Positions 49,231-62,200 of a DNA stretch of 64,000 nucleotides are shown here, piece after piece. The stretch is from Ptychomitrium polyphyllum (lineage: Eukaryota): positions 1,488,001 to 1,552,000 of the forward strand of contig OZ316775.1 in assembly GCA_973851085.1 (NCBI GenBank), written 5' to 3'. The notes below the pieces were generated by a model that was not told the DNA's origin, ran no database searches, and saw nothing but the letters and a program-made list of their open reading frames with translations. The translations under genes and the position numbers were made by a program. Position 1 is the first letter of the stretch; every line of letters begins with the position of its first letter.

Positions 49231-50195
49231 TCATTTCTTCATAGACTGCGAGGGCGGAGCTTTACGCCCTGCAAACAACGTTATCCAGAATGTGATTTCA
49301 CAATGATTACATTGCCAACTCTGCAACACGATAAGATAAAGCAAGTAGTGGTTGTTTGTTTGTGAAGGTAGACATTTACCAAGCTCAACATCAAATTGTT
49401 TGAGCTCACGATACTCCTGGCAAAGGGCACAAGGTGAGAGAAAGCAGTGGGTGGCGAAGTCAGACACCGGCTTCTCCATAAGATTGTATTTCTCCCTTAT
49501 CCGAGCCCGGTACTTGGATGAGAGATTGGCCGTTGCACAGCAAAACTGCCTCAAAAAATAATTACAGCAGCTTGCTTTGCTTCCTTCGCTAATTCCCACA
49601 CATGACCCAGATTGTCCTTGTTCTTGTTAGCAAAGATCCTCAGAACATGGATCTTGCCATTCGCGAAAACCTTTAGGGTGGCATTATTCACCACCCGCAA
49701 GATCACTATCTCTCGATCACAGCTTTCTTCTACATACTTAATTGTGAAGGAAAAACGAGTATGGTTACAGATGAAGAATTTGGAGAATACCTGCCTTTTC
49801 GTCAAGGGCGTTAGCAAGCGTGCCAAACGTTGCTGCCGGACAGAACATCGTCCAACAACCTGCACTCGGTGTATGAAAATCGAGCCACTACAAAATCGAT
49901 CCTCCAAATGAAACAAACATCATGTATTGCTGTTAAGGATTATGAAGAAATGAAAAAAGGAACAATAAAAATCTCATGTCATATGTGAGCCTGAGAAGCG
50001 AGGTCAATGTGGTGTTTGAGTGGGTTGCTTACAGCTACCAATGTCTTTGTAGCAAGCGAAGATGCTGGAGCTCCATGGCTGGGGTGAATTTGGACACAAT
50101 GCGGGTGGAGTGGCCAGTCTGCTGGTGGGAGCTGTGATTGTCACACCTGCTTTTTCCCTTGGAGCTATTACTGGTGACGACTCAGAGTTATTCAT
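49231..50195 (-). CDS. PLAC8-family Cys-rich protein (PCR / cell number regulator-like); 4 exons
   Basis: Spliced reading: ..QPWSSSIFACYKDIGS-CCWTMFCPAATFGTLANALDEKA-GSKASCC..YRARIREKYNLMEKPVSDFATHCFLSPCALCQEYRELK..G-RKAPPSQSMKK*. The W-S-F-C, CP..FG and CALCQEYREL motifs are PLAC8 hallmarks. Confidence 0.85.
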
Positions 50196-51450
50196 GTTTT
50201 CTGTTTCTTACTTTTCAACAATTGTATTGAATAATTTGCCCGTTGCTACCACGACCAGCATGCCATGTTAAAATCCAAGTCTAACTGGCTTTCACTCATT
50301 TCACAATTCCTGACGAGGACATGTTCTCTTAGGAGTATTGACAATCCTCAATTAAGCTAGGTTATGAGTTGCTGGTTACAATTGCTCTTTGGTGGATGTT
50401 TGCCGCTGACATCTTTAACTCTAGTAGAACTTATGCGCACAAGAAGGCTGGAGGGGAAGCCGATTGTACAAAACTGAGAGGCTGATTGATCGGTGCATAT
50501 CTTATCCAGTCTCACATTTCTTATAAGCTGCTGGATTGAAACGAAGTGTTTTCAGGAATTCAGGCTCAGAGGACGTATTTGAAAGTTGAGGCTAAGGTGA
50601 TTCAGACTGGGCATTTAAAACTGATTTACAATAACCGCAAGGTGAGCAGCCTCCCTTACCACACAGAATCCAGTCCACATTGAAACTACCGTGCAACCCA
50701 AGGAACGGTTTCGTGCTCAACCTATAGTTCAAACTTTTTGGACTAAGAGAAATATGTAACGACTTGCACTTCAGTTAGTCAGAAACTATGTAGCGGAATC
50801 GTGATCCAACGCATGAAAAGTAGCAAGTTAGTAGCTTCTCTTAGGATAGGATACTTCAACCAAGTGCAAAACTCTGTACAACCTCCCACCAACTGCTAAG
50901 TCCAAGGTTTAGGGCTTACAAACCAGAATGCAAAGGAACCCATCTGATGGCCGTAAATATGTTTAATGTGAGAGCAGAGCTTAATGACTTCAAAAAACAA
51001 GTCATGTACAGTATGCAATAGTTTGCATAGTTTATGAACAGCCGCAAGAATTCTCTCAAAGAAAGTATAACATGGTACAAACTACCTGCTACTCAATATC
51101 TTATCCGGATAAATTGTAAGCTGTTACCTCAACACTAAGGGGTATGATGTAGAGAGACTACGAAAGAAGATCACAATACAAAGCCCACAACCCTTGTTTT
51201 GAGCTGTGCAGGGAACGCTGCAGAAGCTGGGCATCAAAATCTATGTCAAAATTTGTTGCCCTGAAAGAAATCTCTAGGCTCTATGATTAGAACGAAAGAT
51301 GGCTCGCCTAAATATAGGGTCTCGACGAACATGCCGAGTATTGCTCTTGCGATAAAATCTATTAAAACGAGACAATCAGCTATGATTTGTAAGAAACCAT
51401 AACCTCCAAATGCTTGGCAGAAAAAAGACACTGCTTGATGGTAAATACAA

Positions 51451-54400
51451 CTAACTCTTCTCGGTCTCCTCCTGCCCTAGAAAGTCAGCAAAAGCTTTTG
51501 AGGCAAGCTTTTGAGCGCTGACACCTTGGCTCTCAGCTGCTTTCGATAGATTCAGAGCAACACCCTCATCGAGATAGACGCCAACCTTCCTAGATGCTTT
51601 GCGAGGGCCTGTGTAATTCTCAATATAGCTCTTCAAAGCAGGAAACCCCTGTAAAACCACAATAGATGGTACATTTCAAAACTGACTCAGGTCGCTAAAC
51701 AACAGACGTCACCTCAATGGAAGACATTGCCAAAACTTGTAAACCACCAACTCGATGGACTAGCAAAGTATCAGATCATCCACATTTATCGAAAATGCCA
51801 TGCATCCAAAAGTTACATGACATTGCAGCAAAATTGACCTTGGAACAAACTAAGCTAAACAATTCAAAAAGTCAAACGGACCTGTCTGAAACAGAAGTCA
51901 CCAAAGGACTCCTTCTCATGTCGCTCGAATTTCCACATGTACAAGACAGGCTCCATCACTGACTCCAACTTGTCCAACTTCACTCTTTCCATAAATACCT
52001 CAGCTAACCTAGTCTGATTTGGAGCTCCTCCTAGCCATATCTGCGAAAGCAAAAGGGTGAATAAAACGATTTCGATCACACACCAGAGTGTGATTTTCAC
52101 TGCTTGAATACTCAAATTCATGGTGACGTTCAGAAGTAATGGGGATCAACCTCTAAGCTATACTTTCTATCAAAGCTGCAAACCTGAAAGCCACACAGTA
52201 CAGCTGTCCAGAACGAGATTGACAGCAAAGCATGTAATACTTTAGGATTTACCTGGTAGCTGTTAGGCCCGTCACCAACCAATCCAAGCTCCCCCATGTA
52301 TGGCCTAGCACAACCATTGGGGCACCCAGTAATTCTTACGACCAGAGATTCTGAGGCCTTCAGTCCCACCTTATCCATCATTGTTCGGATTCTCTTGAGA
52401 ATATCCGGTGCTCCTCGTTCAGCTTCTGCAATAGCAAGTGGGCACAGAGGCAACGCTGGGCACGCCATGGCTGTCAAATTCAATGGATCGACGAATCTTG
52501 GTGACTGAAAGAGCACACGAGAAGCTTTCTTAGAAACTCCACACCATCAGAAAACACCTCAAAGAAACAAACAACATTACAAAGTAGAATGTAATCAAAT
52601 AACTTAATAACGGCAGTCAACACTCACCACCAATCCAACAGCAGCAAGAGCCTTGCTGATTCTTGGCCGCCAAGAAGGACGGACGTCGCAGAGGATCATG
52701 TTTTGATTGGGGGTGATATGAACGTTCAAATTGTATTTCTCAATCACCTCTCTCAACGCCTTCTTTGCCTCTCCCTTAATACGACCATTCTCAACGTGCA
52801 CGCCGAAAAACAAATTCCCATCTCCCTGCAACCAATGTTCAACACATGTCAAAGTCAAGCAAAAAGGAGCAGCGCCCTACTATTGAAAACCCTAATAGAA
52901 GATTTCTGATGCCACATAAGTATTTCTCAGTCCTCATGCCTAGAATCGAACATCGGTTCCATATAAGAATAATGTCAAGCAAGCTATTACCTGTTCATGC
53001 CAGCCCAAGTAGCTCTGGAATTGGAAAGGAGCGATCTCCTTGAAAGCCTGGATCTTCTTACCGAAATACTGTTCCACTACTGTCCTGAATTTATCAATTC
53101 CCCATTCCTCCAGTACGTATTTCATACGAGACATCCTGCGGTCATCCCTGCGACCATAGTCTCGCTGCGTAGCAACAATTGCCTTCACTACATACAAAAT
53201 ATCCTCCTTCGACACATAGCCCAATTCGTTAGCCAGTCGAGGAAACGTTGCCTCATTGCGATGAGTCCGGCCCATACCTCCTCCCACCTGCAGAGGAATA
53301 CAGTTAAACCTAATAAGAACAGCTTCGTAAAGACCACTAAATTCAGTAACACCTCCTCACCAAAGATTGTAAACCTAAATAGGTAGCGAACAACTTACAT
53401 AAAGATTGTATCCCTGAACTTCGCCCTGCTCGTCGCTAATCACAACAATACCGATGTCGTTAGTCAAAACATCGACAGAATTGTCCCCAGGAACCGTCAC
53501 GGCGATCTTGAACTTCCGGGGCAAAAACTGCACACCGTAAATAGGCTCAGGAGAATCCTCGAAATTGGTTCCGTGTGAGTTGTCGTTGCGAGCAATTGTA
53601 ACATCCTCAGGTTCGTCCTGAGTGATCTTCTCCCCGTCGATCCAGATGTCATAGTAAGCGCCCGCCTGGGGTGCCAACAGTGAAGCCAGCTTGCTCGCCA
53701 ATTCCTGGGCGTGCATGTATTCCGCCTTCTTGAATGGTGCCGCAGGAGCCAGCACATTCCGGTTCACGTCTCCACAAGCGCCCAAGGTAGAGCCCAAATT
53801 CTTAATAATGCTACTCATGACGGTCTTCAAATCGGTTTTGAGGACGCCGTGGAGCTGGAATGTTTGGCGAGTAGTAAGACGCAAAGTGCCAATTCCATAC
53901 TTGTCAGCGAGCTCGTCCATGACAAGATACAAGCGGTTGGGGACGACACCAGAAGGATTTTTCGTCCGGAGCATGAATTGGTACGCCTTCTTGCCTGGAC
54001 CTCGAAGCTCACGGTTGTCCTGCTGGTAGCTTCCGTGAAATTTGATGAGCTGAACCGCATCCTCATTCACGTTCGGCGCCTCCGTCTCAAGCTCCTGCTT
54101 TAAGGGGTAACGCAAGAAATCGCTGTTCTGCTTGATAATCTCCACCTTGCTGCGCTTCGGCGGCATTACCGTCGGCGGCTTCACAGGCTGCACATCACAT
54201 AGTTCCACAATCAAAAACCTGTGCTATCAAAACTCGAAAAAGTTTCACGTAACAAAAGCTCTCCCCTCTCTGAATTCACCTACCCCAAAAATCCGCCACA
54301 ACTGAAAAGCTCCAGTTTTGCACAAAGGAGCCCAAACCACCACAGAATCACGTTCTAGAGGGGCGAAAATCCTAACGAGACGAAAACAAACGACTAAACC

Positions 54401-54598
54401 CCTGAAACCAACACTGCACCAAGTAAGCTTCTCCACCACCAATCAAAGCAACAAACAACATACCGTCGCCACAGCCCGAACGCGCAACGACCCCGGCACG
54501 GCAGCGCCGCCGCGAACTCCAACCTGCGCGCCCACCTGCCCAGCGGCAGTCCTCTTCAGTCCCTCGAAACCAGCAAATGCCGAAGCGCCCACTGCCAT
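51451..54598 (-). CDS. SiR: Ferredoxin-dependent sulfite reductase, plastid; about 7 exons
   Basis: Motifs [114 protein letters not shown] and ESFGDFC.R. The transit peptide starts [14 protein letters not shown]; an upstream in-frame ATG at 54616 is also possible. Confidence 0.97.
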
Positions 54599-55899
54599 CT
54601 CCCTGAGCGAATTCATCTCTCTCACTCAATCACTCCACCCTCCAACCTCAATTACAACCAAATCCTCCAACTCCAGCTCCACAACACCACACTGCAATCA
54701 CCAAAATCCCGCACTCCCCTTCTACTCCCTCTCCTGATCCCCAAGTTGACTTTCTAATCACCACCCGGTGCCCTCACCGTTGGCTTCCTACACTCGGCCT
54801 ACCAAGTGGACTCCTTCTCAGCAGTCCCTGCCCAGCCACCACACAACGGCGATGAAACTCCGAACACGAGCTCCGAGAGTGACGACGCTTCATGTTCTCG
54901 CTTCCATTCGCTCTGCTGCTGCCGCAGCCTGTACCTAAAGCCATCGCTATCTATGAAATCTCCTGATTTAAGCCTCTCTAATGTAACGAATTGATAGATG
55001 ATGGTGATTCTGTTGTATCACACTCTCGGACAATCCGTCTCAAGCTTGATACGGGCTGTTACCTAAAACCGAGTACATCTACGAAAATTATAGAAGTGAG
55101 AAATGATAGTGTACCGCTTCTATAGACTTGGGTGGCAGTGGGTGTAGTGATGCTTTTGCGTTGTGGCCTCAGTTAGGAATCTCCAGTGGAAGTTGGAGCG
55201 CTGCAGCGGCGGCGGCTGGGCCACGCAGGAGGCACAATCCCACGCGAAGCTTCCGAATCGTGCGGTAGTTCATCGGTTGAAATGCACTTGGACCGCTTTG
55301 GATTTGATACAGCGCCATAGGAATCTAGAAAATTCGTAGAGGCCGCGGTCATCGGTGGGTGGGGTTTGCTGGCCGGCCCGAGGCTTCGCTGTGAGAATGT
55401 CTGGTTCCCTTCAGACACTGCGATGATGGCAAGGAAGGCTGGTTGGTATTGGGGTTTCTTTCCTGGCGATTGCCTGGTAAAATTTTCATTTTCAGTATAT
55501 TTGACTACATAATTCGTATACCTCTTTTTTCATATTCACTTACCAATTTTTTGTTCCATAGTGAGGTATTTGCCAATTTTGGATGAAAATTTGCACTTGT
55601 GGATGAAAATGAGGCAAACTAGAATTCATTGTCACAATCATATTCACCTTACTCAAAGCCAATGACTTATACCAATAAAAACGAGTAAATAAGACTTTGC
55701 ATTTAGGTTTTCCAAGATTTTCATTAAAATGGCCTTAGTTATAATGCTTCATCTACTTATATGAACATTCTTTTTTAATTTACCAAACTCTCTAATATGT
55801 ATTAATTTCTTTAAATGTAAATGCAATATTTCTCCAAATAAAGGTCTAATTTTAGGATATTAGTTTAGAGGCTCAGTCATCAACATACTCAAGTACCTC

Positions 55900-57100
55900 T
55901 AGGAATTGACCATTGAGAAGAAGATTATTATCATTCCATGGATGATTTCCAAAAGGAAACTTTATTAACAAGATCCTATAACATATCATTCTAAAAGCAT
56001 GGACATTTGTTTATATTTGAAAATAAGTTACGTCTTTCATATAAGTTCTTATTATTGAAGGTTTTCAAAAGCTTAATAGCCATCCAAAACCTTATTCCAA
56101 TGACTTCATTTAAACATTCAAATGAATTGTATAATATCTCTAACCACTTGTGATATGTATATACATTGGAAGCTTCAAGATCTTGGTCCATAATATTGAG
56201 ATCTTACAACCATTATGTTTCAATTACAATACACTACATGAAGAATTTAGCTAATCTTCTTCCAAACAACCCACATTTTTAACAAATTTGCAACTCCATA
56301 TTACAAATAATAAGAGCTTGCACACCTCTATCATTCCTGGCCAACACAAATGAAAATTTATTGTCTTCTAATAATGGTGAACATTGCACACTACAAGTAT
56401 ATTATATATATTGAAGTATCTTAAACTTAATGCATTCTAATAATTTTGAATCAAATTATAATAATACATCAAACTCTTAGTTTTACAAATCATCCAACAA
56501 AGGACCTTTTTCAAACACCTTTAGCATCCATTCATACTTGCCTTGCAAACAATCCTCATCAACCTTGCATTCTTCCACATAATATGATATGGATATAATA
56601 GAACCCTCACCAATGAATCTCAACATCCTTATATTCCATAATCATACCAAAGATGCTAAAAACAATCATAGATGGGATGCAATTATTAAGCCTTAAACAC
56701 TTCAAATTGTACTCTCCTCCACCAATTTCATGGGGATAAGGACCACTTTGACTCACGCAAGTGGCCAAGAATTTTGGAAAAGTAGAAGACTTCTTAGAAC
56801 CAAACTTCAACTCTCCACTACAATAACTCTTAGAATGTTCAAGCTGCTCAAGTTGTTGCCATGACTCCATTTCTTCCATAATCAGTACGAGAGGGCAAGA
56901 ATGGTGGAGTTGCAGTGGTTGAACGTATCCTAAGTTGCTCAATGCACTGCTCAAGCAATAAGGATCTGATGATTCTACTTCTGCCAACTCGCCCGTGGGT
57001 GCACTTGTATCTGCAATCACAGCTCCCCGCCCTAGTTATGGAAAAACTCACTCTTCCAGCCCCTTGCACTCAAAGTTGAAACATGAGGGTTCTAAGAGAG
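55900..57100 (-). mobile_element. Probable highly degraded DNA-transposon (hAT-like transposase) remnant
   Basis: AT-rich intergenic tract with broken minus-strand reading frames. Fragments such as ..GVANLL..ILHVVYC.. resemble the GV..L..hhHC/WC..H segment of hAT transposases. No termini were identified. Confidence 0.3.
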
Positions 57101-57956
57101 ACAATGTCTAGTTTTAGAGCAGAAAACATAGATATATTCTGATGTAGGAAATTCTGCTCTGATGAAGCTTCTAGCAGTATGGGAACTCTAGAGTGCAAAA
57201 TTGGTAGAGCATGGACATTGGCGAAGTCTAAGGTTTCTCTGCTCAACTAGAACACAAGAGTTACTGTATGGTCTGGAAAAACTTCATTTTACCAGAAGGT
57301 TTAATTTCATGTATACTAATGCATACATTGATCCAATTTGAATCCAACACGATCGTGCAAATGTCTGGAACAATAGTAGTGTAAATCGACAGCATCGAAT
57401 ATATTCGAGTGCATAGAGAACAGACAAACAGTAACAGTCAAAGTGCTGTTGCTGCATCACACTAAAAAGAACAATTAGGTCATATAACATTTGCTCATAC
57501 GAATCAACAAAAAAGGATAAAAATCAACTCTACCATATTTGAATGGTTGAGCTACTAAAATTTACTCGAGAAACATCGAGCATATACATATCAAACAGTT
57601 GACAGAACATTGATACTAAACAGTAGGACACACCAAAAACATAGCAAGCCGTGAGATAATACATGCACCCGTACACTTCAATGAGTCTACAACCGACTGA
57701 CGAAGTACTAAAGAACTCAATAGAAGACACTTCATTATTTTGCAATACAAAACCTGTAGCCACAATCCAAGGGAACTCACAGGCCTACAGTAGGAACATC
57801 AAATTCATGGTAATTGGTGCAGGTCTCGACATGCACGAATCTACTTGTGCAACTCGAATATATCAGAACAATTCATCTCTGCACATTTTGATCGGACAAA
57901 AAGCTAAATCAGGCCACCAGCACAAAATAAAATACAGAAGCTTGAACTAAACACTC

Positions 57957-59225
57957 TCANNNNNNNNNNNNNNNNNNNNNNNNNNNNNNNNNNNNNNNNN
58001 NNNNNNNNNNNNNNNNNNNNNNNNNNNNNNNNNNNNNNNNNNNNNNNNNNNNNNNNNNNCCGAACCATCTCACACCTACACCAAGATGTCGCCTGTAACA
58101 GACACTACCGTCTCATCGTCATTTCACACAGGACGGCATGTTTCGATGACTTACAAGCTCCCCAGTGAAGACCCTCCATCTGCACAGCGCGGACGCACTC
58201 CTCCAGCTTCACCATGTCGGTTTCGTCATCCCAAGGCTTGACGTCCATCACAATGGACGACTTTCCAACAACCTTGGGCTTGCCAGACTTCTTCTTCTCG
58301 GCCTCGCGTGCCTCCGAGGCAGCCTTCTCCTCCTCGGTTTCATCACCGAAAAGGTCGAGGTCATCATCGTCCTCCTCCTGCAGATAATTATCGAAAATAT
58401 GTTGACAATCGAATAAAGAAGTTGCAAATGACTGCTCACTGTAGTAGGAATGGGCTTGAAGCAAACCTCTGAAAAGGCAATCTGATGAAGACAATTTTAC
58501 AAAAGATTTCCCCAAACAGTTACACAAATGTCAAGCCGTGCTGACTTACGTCTTCATCAGCAGCGGTACCCGCCGGTGTGGCAGGTGCAGCAGCAGGTGA
58601 CGCGGCGGGAGCAGCACCACTCTCAATTTGCACTCCCACTCCTGGAGCTGGGAATCTTTACAAGGAAAAAGAAACCCTAATAAGACACGTGACCTAAAAA
58701 ACAATAAACTTTGTGAACATACCCAAATCAGAGAGAAAGATTATTAAACCACGCCCTCCAAACACCTCCAGAAGAAGAACGAGCCACCACTAACAAAATC
58801 CAATACCAGAGGACAAAATGTATCCTCCAAAACCACACAGCACTCAACCCAAAAACCAAAAAGTATAAGAGAGCACAGACAGAATGCTTACTTAGGTCCA
58901 GTCAAATCGGAAATGTGCTTGTACCATCTCGTCACATTCTGAAACTCTGCCGGCACGCTCTTAATGTTAACAAAGACTGCAAGGTCGTCCCTGGAGGCCT
59001 GGTACCTGAAACCATATCCAACCAACGAAAAACCACCGTTTCACTCACCACAAACCTATATCTCCAATCAGCGACACAATGACTTAAACGAACGAATTGA
59101 AATCAACATAACGTGCAATCGATCGTGCAGTTCCCGTACCCGGAGATGTAGCTGCGGGTGAGGAGGTACTGGTCGAGCTTCTTCAAGCCCTCCGGAGTGG
59201 ACAGATTCTCGAACTGAACACCCAT
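57957..59225 (-). CDS. EF1B: Translation elongation factor 1-beta/delta (eEF1B); 4 visible exons, last exon hidden in the assembly gap
   Basis: Exons read [29 protein letters not shown] | [19 protein letters not shown] | [13 protein letters not shown] | [54 protein letters not shown], with a donor at 58154. The 3' end is placed tentatively at the TGA adjoining the gap. Confidence 0.92.
57960..58059. other. Assembly gap (100 N placeholder)
   Basis: Run of exactly 100 N. Confidence 0.99.
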
Positions 59226-62200
59226 AGTGTGCGTGCAGACAAGGGAAGAAAGCTACCGTTGAGGAAGAAGAGGGCGATGGAAGATGCTAGAGCTCGAGAC
59301 TGAGATGCGATGAGTGCAACAACGAAGTTAAGTGCGGCGACTCTCGCTGTTTGGTCACAGCGATGGCGCATTCTAGGGTTTCGGTCCTGTGGGGCCAAGA
59401 AAGCATATTCCGATGCCGTTGAGCGGAAGGTTCCCTTCGGCTACAACTACAGCTCTTGCACTACACGACGTATTTGGTGTTAATTTCACTCGGAATGTTG
59501 TCAGAGATGGTGAATTCTAGCATTTCTGTCGTGGTCCTCTTACAGGGAGACAAACACCTAGAACGGCCTTTGTACTGAAAATCAAACAACATTAGCCACA
59601 ATCAATATTTGTAGATCTTGTAAGAACTTGGTATTAGTTTTTGGTCTTGGATATAGTAATATTATAGGTTTGCATTTTGCTCTTTTTGTAATTAACAATC
59701 AAGTATTGCTCATCCCTACTTCAAATGGTATATGCTTGTATTTTCATACAACTATTTTAATTTAGACTAAAATTAATTCCATTCAATCTTATGGAATTGA
59801 ATAAAGTACCTTCCAACGCCAAATGGCACAAATCATTCATTTACATTTAATCAGTAAAAGAATCTTGTTTTGAAAAAGCACTAATCTTCTAGCTGCGACT
59901 AATCACTTAATAATATGACAAGATGATATAGTTTAAATATTTGCATTAACAAACCTTAATAATTTAAAGTATTATAATAGATTAGCATTCCTCACACAAA
60001 ACCACATCTTCTTGAAATACTTACTTCACATTTTTCATTATAGTATTCAAACTAATTACTCCCTAAACTAATACTTCCTATTAACATTTTTCTTTATCAT
60101 TTCTCCTTAACACTTTTTCTTTAACACTTTTTCCTTAGCACTTTTTCTTACTACCAACCCGTTAATACAAAATAAAATATAAACTCCCCACTAAAGCATT
60201 AGAAAATTTAAAAACTAGAAAAAAAAACTTTCCCTACAATTCCACCATTTATCTACTTATATTTGGCTTGGCCTCCTTTTCTTCCCTAGAGTGTTATAAA
60301 AACTCTACTACAGTTGGTATTCTCCAACAATTCCCTCTATAATTCCTTGTTCCCGCCGCACTTTTTTTTTCTTGTTGTAGTTTTTTGTTCACATTGTTCC
60401 CGTAGATAACCAATTCCTTGAATAGCCTTGTTCACATTGCACCTGCAATTAACCAGTTCCCATAGCAACCCTATTCACATTATAGTTCCGTTTTGTGCTC
60501 CAACACCTTCACTAAATCCGTTCTTAGCCTCCCACTCCAACAAACGCATACACACTTCCTAATTAAATTTTAAGTACTATAAATTTCACAATGCAACATT
60601 GGATTTTGAAGTAGTGATTCTATATTGTCACCACCAATCACCCAACCAGAGAAGAAAAAGCCATAGCAATGGCAAAAGAATGGTGCAAAGTTTGGGTTTC
60701 ATTTGAAGAACATCTTGTTCCCATTATTTATAAGAATACTAATGGTATAAGGGATGCATACTCAGAGCCGTCCCTGTATTCCAAAACCGATTCCAAAACC
60801 GACAGTACTTTCCGGTGCCAAACAATCCACTTCATGAAGTCTACGAAGTAGGTAGATAGTATACGTAGATACAGTGAGGGACCAGTTTAAATTGAGATTG
60901 TGGAGGACGAGCATAATCCGTTGATTGCGAGTCTGGCAGTAGAGAGAACCCGTTTGAAGGCAAATACGACTTGGGAGAGTGGCTGAATCAAGAAAGGCAG
61001 TTCCAGTTTGGAGGGTGAACGAACCAAATTATACACAACCAAGTTCGTTGGAGGAAGTTAATAAAGCTCATCCAATAGTCAACTGACCTTCTGTTGTTTG
61101 AAACAGCAAGAGTCACAAGAGTTGCAGGTATTTACAGTAAAAGATGTCGCAAAACAAATTCGGGTTCATCCTCGTCAAGGTTCACAAGGGCAGCTTGAAC
61201 AGGTCACTGAGAGTTTCATGCAATGAGAAAACTGCACAAGCTGGCAATGGAAGCAATCATCTGATCGATCAAATTCTCAAAACTTTCAAATTCAGGCTGA
61301 TAAAGGATCGGAGTCTGATCTCAACAGAGTAATTCCTTCAGAAGAAAGTGCTGATTTCGTACTAAAGCATTCGAGGATGTGGTTATTAGTAGTGCTTCTG
61401 AGTTTGCAGCTGTAAAATCTGAGAGTTTAGCAATTGAGACATACACACTCAATCACCCAAGATGGACTTACATAAAAGAGATGTATTTAGTCACGTAGTC
61501 ACAGCAGAATTGAACAGTACTGAAAAGGAGTTATTCATTCCGATGCCTCTTCATTCATCCATCCATTCATTTATTCATCCATGCATGTGATAAGCTACAT
61601 AACATACACCAAGCTCTATCAGGCGCACAATTAGCAGACAAGTTGGAGCAGGGAGCCTTGCATCAAGTTGAGTTCAGTTTGACACAAAGCCTCAGTTGGT
61701 GAGAGGCACTGAGCTTCCTCAAACATAACACAAAGCATGTTCAAACAAGAGACCTAAAGCAGCGTCAAGTTAAAGCTGGAGAGCCAGACAATCAACACAA
61801 GCAGTAGGAGTCTGGAAGAATAAAAGTAAATGTAAATCTTCAACTTTGAATACTCTTTTCTTTCAACGGTCTAATCCAATTAACTGGAACTGGAATTGCA
61901 GGACTACCAGTTCTTATCAAAGATTTTGGAGAGCTCTGGGAATTGGAACACCACACAGTGCTAAAGCAGGCAGGGACCTACTTTTTCTTCTTTGTCTTTA
62001 ATTTTACTTTCCAATCATGCATGGGAGCGTAAAATACAATTTTTAATGAAAAAGTTCAAGGATGAATACTTTTCCTTGCTTGATTTCATTCTAACAACCA
62101 TGAACTCATTTCCAAATTGGACTCAAAATTCTCCACGTGGGCCTCTTTGAAGTGAAAAGGTACAACAACTAAGACCACTATATAGAATTTCTGTAATTAC

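Noticed and set aside
5776..54598. Possible functional cluster for plastid redox, sulfur and metal handling (GSTL, PLAC8, SiR, plus PGRL1)
   Set aside because: These genes are interspersed with unrelated housekeeping genes and show no shared regulatory signature; an ordinary gene-dense neighbourhood is sufficient.
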